A stretch of DNA of 64,000 bases from Bacteroidota bacterium. GTDB taxonomy: Bacteria; Bacteroidota; Bacteroidia; CAILMK01; JAAYUY01. Where the stretch lies: contig JABINZ010000010.1 in assembly GCA_018698135.1 (NCBI GenBank), forward strand, positions 18,641 through 82,640, written 5' to 3'. This document shows positions 57,259 to 64,000 of this stretch, one piece after another. Below the pieces are notes generated by a model, which was not told where the DNA came from, ran no database searches, and saw only the letters and a list, made by a program, of their open reading frames with translations. Each line of letters begins with the position of its first letter. The stretch's first letter is position 1. Both the position numbers and the translations under genes were made by a program.

Positions 57259-58038
57259 TTAATCAACTTTTGTCAGTACTAATATATTATTTTGAGGCGT
57301 TTGAATAAGTTTGCTAATATTCTGCTTGACAATTTCTTTAATTTTCAGATTATTCTCCTTTGCACATTTTTCCCAATCGGCAATTGACCTCAATCGCTTA
57401 TTCACAAAAACCGACTCATCTTCAGTGTTATGAAATTCATCCCATGCTTTTTGACGTTCATCCCACGTATCAAAATCATTTGTTTTGTTGAACTGAGCAT
57501 TATAGGTTTTATCTCCAAATTCACCACCAACAATAATAACTCCACCTTTATTTAACAATTTCATCAAATTATTCATGGCAACATACCAGGCAGCATCATC
57601 AACAATATGAAATATGACACCAATAGCATTAATGATATCGAATTTTTTATCAAGCTTAAAATCGGTACTGGAAACATCACCTAGCATAAAATCAACAGAT
57701 TCATCCTGTTCAAATTTTTTCACGAGCATATCATAACAAGGCTCAGAGATTTCAACCCCCAAGCTGTATGCTGAATTGAAATAAGTTTTATAAAACTCTA
57801 TCCAATGTCCAGCCCCGGATCCTATATCAAATACATGTGGATTATCGACTACTTCAGTATCATAAAAATACTCTATCAGTAGATTTTCGACAGCATTGTA
57901 ATGGTATTTTGTGCCAAGTTCACTAAAGGTTGGTGATATGGTAACTCTATCTGAAAATTCTTTATTTATAACAGACCGATGCCATGATTCAAAATACTTT
58001 TTTCCATCATAAGCAAGCGTTTTACTTTTGATCTTCAT
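57259..58038 (-). CDS. Class I SAM-dependent methyltransferase
   Basis: Motif I VFDIGSGAGHW and a post-I acidic residue; 259 aa. Confidence 0.7.
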   Translation of the reverse strand: MKIKSKTLAYDGKKYFESWHRSVINKEFSDRVTISPTFSELGTKYHYNAVENLLIEYFYDTEVVDNPHVFDIGSGAGHWIEFYKTYFNSAYSLGVEISEPCYDMLVKKFEQDESVDFMLGDVSSTDFKLDKKFDIINAIGVIFHIVDDAAWYVAMNNLMKLLNKGGVIIVGGEFGDKTYNAQFNKTNDFDTWDERQKAWDEFHNTEDESVFVNKRLRSIADWEKCAKENNLKIKEIVKQNISKLIQTPQNNILVLTKVD

Positions 58039-58045
58039 ATCTACT

Positions 58046-59026
58046 TTATTTTAACTCAATATTTTGCATGCGCTTAACATTAAAATAGCGATCATTTTCG
58101 AGCGAATCAGGAATTAGTCCTTTCGCAAAAGCATTCTTCAAATCATTCACTGCATCTTCTAAACTATGTTTCGGTTCAAATCCTAATTCTTGCTTTATCT
58201 TTTCGGAAGAAATATGATAGGAACGATGATCATCTGATGGAGTTGTAATGATGTCAACTTGATCTCCTACCACATTTTTAACCATATCGGCAATTTCAGC
58301 TACTGTATGGTTTTCGTATCCTGCATTATAAATTTTCTGAGCAATTTGATTTTTAGGCAAGCCAAGTAATTGAATATACAAATCAGTAATGTCTTCAATA
58401 TGAATATTTGGACGTTTCTGATCTCCACCAAATACAGTGATCTGTCCTTTATTTACGGCCAAATTTGTCAGAATATTCACGGTTAAATCAAGGCGTAATC
58501 TGCGTGAATAGCCGCATACAGTAGCAGGCCTGATGGTTACAACCGTAAAATCGTCTGAATTATAAGCGTGCAATATCTTTTCGCAGGCTGCCTTGAATTT
58601 AGAATAATCGGTTAATGGATCCAGCTCTACATCTTCATTTACATTAGGTACATCCTTAATACCATAAACACTGGATGATGAAGCATAGATAAACCTATTG
58701 ACGCCAACTTCTTTCGAAATTTGCACCAATGGCTCAAATGAATCAAGATTGATGGATTTCCCTAAATCAGGATTTAATTCAAAACTGGGATCATTTGAAA
58801 TACACGCTAAATGGATGACCGCATCATGTCCCTTAATGGTTGAACGTAATAGTTGTTGATCTCGGATATCTCCTTTAATTTTAGTTAGTTTAGGATGATC
58901 TTCCAATACATCTTCACCATAAATCATCAAGTCAATAACACTTACTTCATAGCCTTGTGAAAGCAGTTTAGGCACTAAACGAGCGCCAACATATCCAGCA
59001 CCACCTGTAATATAAATTTTTTTCAT
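58046..59026 (-). CDS. NAD-dependent epimerase/dehydratase family protein
   Basis: Start taken at MKKIYITGGAGYVG (Rossmann GxxGxxG). The ORF-track start at 59059 adds 11 aa upstream. Extended SDR fold. Confidence 0.75.
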   Translation of the reverse strand: MKKIYITGGAGYVGARLVPKLLSQGYEVSVIDLMIYGEDVLEDHPKLTKIKGDIRDQQLLRSTIKGHDAVIHLACISNDPSFELNPDLGKSINLDSFEPLVQISKEVGVNRFIYASSSSVYGIKDVPNVNEDVELDPLTDYSKFKAACEKILHAYNSDDFTVVTIRPATVCGYSRRLRLDLTVNILTNLAVNKGQITVFGGDQKRPNIHIEDITDLYIQLLGLPKNQIAQKIYNAGYENHTVAEIADMVKNVVGDQVDIITTPSDDHRSYHISSEKIKQELGFEPKHSLEDAVNDLKNAFAKGLIPDSLENDRYFNVKRMQNIELK

Positions 59027-59093
59027 TTGATTAATACTCACAAATATCTGTTTTAGCAATGATTCAAAACAATTTTTAGAAATGCAAAAATAC

Positions 59094-59807
59094 TTAATTT
59101 ACTTTAACCCAATTCCTTCCTTTTCGAATGACTTCAAGAGAATTTTCTCCCATATTAAACAGGAGGTCAAGTATACTCAAATAGGGGCTAAATTCAGGAT
59201 CAGCCTGTGTATAAACAGGATGCTGATAGTTTTGTTTAAATAATTGGATTTGATGCTTTGCAAAGTTTTCTCCGCTATATAATCCAATATCAATTCCTTT
59301 CTCAAAGTTATAAAACTCAGTAGGTTTTAAAATTTCGCATAAGGACATAATTTTATCTTCAGGATTACCTTCTAACAATGGAATCAAGGAAGAGGCAGTT
59401 TTGATTTCAACCGAAATTCCTATTAATTGCGCCAAGTCCATTACTGTTCGTTGGTTGTAAACCGATAATAATTTCTCCTTAGGACTTAGTATTTCTTCAA
59501 CTACAGAAATATACTTCTTATAAAAAGGAGCTGTTGAGTAGTAGGATTTAATTTTATTAATCGCATCAATATGCCAGTCTTTTTCGTCTAATTCTGTCTG
59601 ATTGATAAGTATTGATTGATTTGCTTTTTTAAGAGAAACAGTCAGCCATTTTGGATCAGAACCTACAGCTTTTATTTTATTTCTGACAATAAATGATCTT
59701 TTCACCATCTGCACATTATCCAAGCTAATCCAAAGATCAATGGAGTCGAGCAGGTCGAAATACCCCAGCCAGGGGATAAAATTAGGTTGTGTAATTGCAA
59801 TCTTCAA
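59094..59807 (-). CDS. WbqC-family protein (O-antigen / N-acyl sugar biosynthesis accessory)
   Basis: N-terminus MKIAITQPNFIPWLGYFDLL is characteristic of the WbqC-like family. Confidence 0.7.
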   Translation of the reverse strand: MKIAITQPNFIPWLGYFDLLDSIDLWISLDNVQMVKRSFIVRNKIKAVGSDPKWLTVSLKKANQSILINQTELDEKDWHIDAINKIKSYYSTAPFYKKYISVVEEILSPKEKLLSVYNQRTVMDLAQLIGISVEIKTASSLIPLLEGNPEDKIMSLCEILKPTEFYNFEKGIDIGLYSGENFAKHQIQLFKQNYQHPVYTQADPEFSPYLSILDLLFNMGENSLEVIRKGRNWVKVN

Positions 59808-59808
59808 A

Positions 59809-60798
59809 TTATCTGTTTTTAATTAATTCATTTAGCTCAGCAAACAATTCATCATTTAATCGTTGCTTGTTGGTTTGCTTATTCAAACCTGAAAAGTCTT
59901 GTTCTTTATCTATTGCCTGTATGCCAATTATCTTAGCAAGTGATTGAATATGTTCCTTTGGCTTGGCTACTAAATCTTCATATTGGATTGTAATTTTTCG
60001 ATTATTCTCCAACTTTGCTAGGGACGATTCAATATGGCGACTAACATCCTGATATTGATAAGCGATTTGTTCCAGTGGACTTTTTCCAGTTTGTTTCATC
60101 CAATTCCGAGGCCTGATACTCCACCAAATATCCGGACTACCATAACGTTTAATCCTAGATTCATAAATGGATTGAAATACGTAAACCGGATCTCGTTTGA
60201 TATATAAGAATTTCGAATTGGGGAATTCCTTCGCCAGTCGTTCTATATAATAATTTGTATAAACAAGACTTTTAATCATCAATGGTTTTTGCTGATGAGC
60301 CGAAATTCCATATAATTCTTTTCTGAGCATTTCCCAATCGACCAAGTCAAGCTCTTCATCTGACAAATGATCGTGTTGGCTGTGATTCAGATAATATTGC
60401 CAGAAATATCCAAATTCATGAGGTGCATGGTCTCCTTTCGTATTTCCTAAATCAGATTGATAGCTTTGCAAGTCTTTTTGGCCTTTCCTTTCAAATTTTA
60501 TTAAAGCATAAAGTGGAGCCAAAAAATACTTCGACATATAGTTATTGATAAAAGCAATATCGAAATTATCTGCAATAAACTGAGACAAGAATGTAGTTCC
60601 TGACCGAGGTACGCTCAAGACAAATACAATAGGAAAATCCCGATTATGATAGCGCTCTAGTAGTTTTTTTTCTTTGGAAATCAAACTCTTGTTACGATAA
60701 AACAAGCCGATATCCTTAAGCAGATTTCTTTTGCCTTTAACCCGTAATTTGTTATCCCGATAGATTTCTTTTAAGAATGTTGAGCAACTGCGTTTCAT
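59809..60798 (-). CDS. Sulfotransferase-family protein
   Basis: PAPS 5'-phosphosulfate-binding loop VPRSGTTFL and the overall length of carbohydrate sulfotransferases. Confidence 0.65.
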   Translation of the reverse strand: MKRSCSTFLKEIYRDNKLRVKGKRNLLKDIGLFYRNKSLISKEKKLLERYHNRDFPIVFVLSVPRSGTTFLSQFIADNFDIAFINNYMSKYFLAPLYALIKFERKGQKDLQSYQSDLGNTKGDHAPHEFGYFWQYYLNHSQHDHLSDEELDLVDWEMLRKELYGISAHQQKPLMIKSLVYTNYYIERLAKEFPNSKFLYIKRDPVYVFQSIYESRIKRYGSPDIWWSIRPRNWMKQTGKSPLEQIAYQYQDVSRHIESSLAKLENNRKITIQYEDLVAKPKEHIQSLAKIIGIQAIDKEQDFSGLNKQTNKQRLNDELFAELNELIKNR

Positions 60799-62048
60799 TT
60801 ATCTACTGTTTTAGTGGATGAAACATTTTCATAAAATTGCAGTAATCTATTCATATTTGCGTCAAGCGACAATATTTCTCTGGATTTCAAAACCCGCTCT
60901 TGCATTTGCTGGTAAGTGTTCAAATCAATGTTTGACCTCAGATCAGCAAACTTAGCTCTGCTTAATTTCAAACCAACTCTATACCTGTTAATTAACCAAA
61001 TTTGAAACAACGGACCCGTGCCAATAATTATTGGCAATGCTGCTTCTAAGTAATTAAATAGTTTTTGATTCATTGCTCCTGATCTTTTGTCATTCAGCTC
61101 AGGGAGTTCATCTGTAAAAAATGGAATCAGACCAAAATGATATTGTGATATTTCTGAAGCAATTTCAGCAGGTTTAATGGATTCATGCCAATGAAAGTAT
61201 TCCAGTTCTTCAGCTTTCTTTTTATAATCACTGAATACATGCCAATTTCTATTTTGTCCGGGATAAATATGAAAATGTATTTTTTGCCTGTTTAATTCAT
61301 TAATAATGGGCAAAAAACTCTCTGGCAAATTTGCAGACATATCTTTCACTCCACCAATATAAACCAGATGAATATCATCAGGATCGACTATTTTCTTTTT
61401 TTGCGGAACAAATAAGCTATTATCACAATATTCCAAGAAAAACAAATTACTTGGTTTTTTCTCAATCTGATATCTACGAATGGCAATATGAGGTTCATAA
61501 CTGCGTGCAATTATTCCATCTGCATGCGTCATGGCATATTTCTCATGAGGGATATCTTTCCGCAAATATTTGAACGGAGGATTGAAGCCATAGTAATTTA
61601 ACGAAACATCTTTCCAGTCGACTATGGTTTTATACTTCGCATACTTCACAATTTTAGAAGCAAACACCGATAAAGGATGAAAGAAATGAACGATATAAAT
61701 AGATGGAATTCGCTTCAACAGCAGTTTTAAATGCCAAATATTACGAAAATAAAGAACCGAATAATCCAAAGCAGATTTATCGGCAAAATAGATTGCTTTT
61801 TCAGAAGTCAGGACTTTAACCTGATAGCCTTCTATTTTACTAATTCTATCGGCTAATCTAAAAATATGAGGCTGTGCCTTATCCATCACATAAACTATAC
61901 TACGAATAGCTGATTCTTTAGTTTTAGCGAAAAACAAATTGGAAATCATAAAGCCGAATGCATCAAACCCAATAGAAAAGAAAAAGGCAACTTTTTTCTT
62001 TAATTCCTTTAAATAAACATGTTTTATTTTTTGAAACAAGGATGCCAT
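60795..62048 (-). CDS. Putative GT-B glycosyltransferase (GT4-like)
   Basis: 417 aa; C-terminal half has HLVYIGGV and an EX7E-like region (ELPELNDKRSGAMNQKLFNYLEAALPII). Confidence 0.5.
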   Translation of the reverse strand: MASLFQKIKHVYLKELKKKVAFFFSIGFDAFGFMISNLFFAKTKESAIRSIVYVMDKAQPHIFRLADRISKIEGYQVKVLTSEKAIYFADKSALDYSVLYFRNIWHLKLLLKRIPSIYIVHFFHPLSVFASKIVKYAKYKTIVDWKDVSLNYYGFNPPFKYLRKDIPHEKYAMTHADGIIARSYEPHIAIRRYQIEKKPSNLFFLEYCDNSLFVPQKKKIVDPDDIHLVYIGGVKDMSANLPESFLPIINELNRQKIHFHIYPGQNRNWHVFSDYKKKAEELEYFHWHESIKPAEIASEISQYHFGLIPFFTDELPELNDKRSGAMNQKLFNYLEAALPIIIGTGPLFQIWLINRYRVGLKLSRAKFADLRSNIDLNTYQQMQERVLKSREILSLDANMNRLLQFYENVSSTKTVDK

Positions 62049-62051
62049 TGA

Positions 62052-63029
62052 TTATGGATTAATGGTTTTTTGAATCAAATTATATTTTTCTGATTGACTT
62101 TCAATAAGCTTTGCTATTTGCATTTGCTCATCTTCACTCAATTTCGTTTTCCAATCGTTAATTGGATCTTTTGTGTGTGTATTAAATGCCTTTCGCTGCC
62201 TGCTTGTCATTTTAACAACTTTTTGCTGATGTTTCTGATCTAATCTTAAAAAGTCAACAATATCTGGTAGAATTTCCTCTGGTTTTGCAATCAAATCTTC
62301 ATAGCTATAAATACGATAATATTCTTTTCCTATTTTGTCAAAATCCTTAATAGCTTGATAATTTAATTTCAACCAAGCTTCAGGTATCAATTTAAAATTC
62401 CCTGGATATAAGCGATCTGATTTTGCATTTTCCAACTCCTTTGCAGGCAAACGTGTCCAACACGAACCGTCATCTTCGGGTAAAAAGTTTAACATGTTTC
62501 TGGATTTAAAATCCTTGTTAAAATGCAACTTCATACTTAAACTATGACTTTGTATGGATCGCACGATATGTATAAATCGTGCTTCTGGAAACATTTCATG
62601 AAGATAAAGCGATTTATTGGTCAAGTGTGGAGATTTGTTTACAGGAATTATTTGATCCCAATCTTTAAGAATTCCACCTGAGCCAAATTTTTGTGAAAAA
62701 AGAACCCGTTTTATTAGCTGTCTTTTACTTTTATAAGCCTCAATATTGTCATTGAAATAATTAGTCATATTGATTCCAAACTCTGGCTTAAAATCAGCAG
62801 CTGTTTTGTAATGGCATTCACCCATGCAGGAAGCCCCTCCAATCGTAGTCCAGATGGAGTTTAATTCAACACCAATTTTTAGTAATTGTGGGTGTTCTGT
62901 TAGAATATTAAGCAAAAGTGTTGTACCGCTTCGCATCAGTCCCAAAATAAAAACAGGATGATTGAAACTGCGGGGCATTAACTCGCTTGGATTATAATTG
63001 ATATACTTATTTTCTATTGGTTGAACCAT
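62052..63029 (-). CDS. Sulfotransferase-family protein (second copy)
   Basis: PAPS-binding loop LMRSGTTLL; 325 aa. Confidence 0.65.
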   Translation of the reverse strand: MVQPIENKYINYNPSELMPRSFNHPVFILGLMRSGTTLLLNILTEHPQLLKIGVELNSIWTTIGGASCMGECHYKTAADFKPEFGINMTNYFNDNIEAYKSKRQLIKRVLFSQKFGSGGILKDWDQIIPVNKSPHLTNKSLYLHEMFPEARFIHIVRSIQSHSLSMKLHFNKDFKSRNMLNFLPEDDGSCWTRLPAKELENAKSDRLYPGNFKLIPEAWLKLNYQAIKDFDKIGKEYYRIYSYEDLIAKPEEILPDIVDFLRLDQKHQQKVVKMTSRQRKAFNTHTKDPINDWKTKLSEDEQMQIAKLIESQSEKYNLIQKTINP

Positions 63030-64000
63030 GACCTAATTCTCAAAATCAACTTATTATACATATCATTAACATCTTCAGACACCTTAAAACTCAAGGTTAA
63101 TACTGAGAATACTGCAAAGATAGCAATAGAATTTACAGCTATATCAAAGAATGAATTGATGTCTTGGTTTTCAATTCCAAGTCTAAATGTTGGTAATTTA
63201 AACGCAAAAAATGAAACAAGTATGAAAATGCCCAATGCTTTCAAATAATGGATAGAAAAAGGTAAAAGCTTTAATTTCCACCAGATTAAGGACAATTTCA
63301 AAACATTAAAAAATACGATAGCTATACATGTTGCCCAGGCAGCACCAATAATTCCATGAATTGGTATAAGTATTAAATTGGCACTAACGGCAATAATTAA
63401 TGAAACTACATTCAGTAAAAGCATGTAACGATAATATTTCGACAAATTAATAATACCACCATTAATGCCTGTGCCCATGTCAAATAATTTCATTGATATC
63501 AATATGAGAATAACATACTTCCCATTTTTATAATCATCAGGCATAAAACTTAATACCGCATCAACATTAAACCAAATAAGCATAAATATTAAGCTCCCAA
63601 TAATCAATTGATTGAGAGAAGTTTTTTTATAGAGCTCATTTACCTTACGTAAATCATTATCCTTAAAAGCCTGTGCTATTATTGAACCACTAATATTTGA
63701 AATAGCTTGTTGCGGGAGGTTAAGAACGGTACTAAAAAGTGCCACAATACCATATATCCCAGTTGAGTGCAAGCTAAGCATTGCAGCAATCATGAGTTTA
63801 TCAACTTCAATAATTGATGTTTGTACAATTTCAGATAAGTATCCATAAGATGCATAATTTGCCATCTTTTTCACAATCTTTTTGTCGACAAACGCTCTGT
63901 TTATTTTCCAATGAAATTCCCCAATTGATATCACATAAATCAATAAAAGAAGACTGGAAAGTGCATAAGCACCTGCAAATGTGACCAGGAAACCATCAAA
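63014..64000 (-). CDS. Polysaccharide biosynthesis/export membrane protein (Wzx-like flippase). The C-terminal part is in the window and the gene continues beyond the window end.
   Basis: Highly hydrophobic multi-TM protein. The reading frame stays open to position 64000, and the apparent start at 63943 is an in-frame TTG. Position at the head of a glycan gene cluster. Confidence 0.6.
   Translation of the reverse strand, partial: FDGFLVTFAGAYALSSLLLLIYVISIGEFHWKINRAFVDKKIVKKMANYASYGYLSEIVQTSIIEVDKLMIAAMLSLHSTGIYGIVALFSTVLNLPQQAISNISGSIIAQAFKDNDLRKVNELYKKTSLNQLIIGSLIFMLIWFNVDAVLSFMPDDYKNGKYVILILISMKLFDMGTGINGGIINLSKYYRYMLLLNVVSLIIAVSANLILIPIHGIIGAAWATCIAIVFFNVLKLSLIWWKLKLLPFSIHYLKALGIFILVSFFAFKLPTFRLGIENQDINSFFDIAVNSIAIFAVFSVLTLSFKVSEDVNDMYNKLILRIRSWFNQ

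Overview
This is a low-GC Bacteroidota chromosomal segment, probably Cytophagia or Flavobacteriia-like; the phylum call rests on T9SS C-terminal sorting domains, Bacteroidetes-type TAnnTTTG promoter boxes and the purH-mreBCD-mrdA gene order. Core housekeeping genes at the left end (1-5.2 kb: mrdA, mreD, mreC, mreB, purH) and in the middle (serS, recQ, ftsE, a tonB-exbD-exbB operon with a SPOR/HU-like gene) are interleaved with accessory content, as follows. (1) Three paralogous giant cell-surface proteins of 1856, 1413 and 3694 aa are built from dozens of PKD-like repeats and end in the gliding-motility-associated (T9SS type B, CHU_C) C-terminal domain. A 533-aa propeller-repeat protein with a T9SS type A C-terminal domain lies beside them. 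(2) A compact, AT-rich two-gene cassette encodes an XRE-type HTH regulator and a single-chain nuclease-methyltransferase-TRD protein (Type IIG-like restriction-modification). A perfect 12-bp palindrome overlaps its candidate -7 promoter box. (3) A tRNA-Thr(CGU) gene sits just upstream of an unusual MscS mechanosensitive channel fused, through a Q/K-rich repeat linker, to a DUF3380 N-acetylmuramidase-like domain. (4) A 12-gene glycan-biosynthesis locus is arranged head-to-tail with the giant adhesin gene. It contains gmhA, a reversed-order bifunctional heptose kinase/nucleotidyltransferase, two sulfotransferases, FkbM and class I methyltransferases, a DegT aminotransferase, WbqC, two SDR epimerases, a GT4-like glycosyltransferase and a Wzx-like flippase. 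The locus predicts a sulfated, methylated, aminated heptose-containing glycan, possibly the anchor glycan for T9SS cargo. No CRISPR array, integrase or transposase was seen. The largest gene carries diverged internal DNA duplications (about 80-85% identical by eye) of whole domain cassettes.
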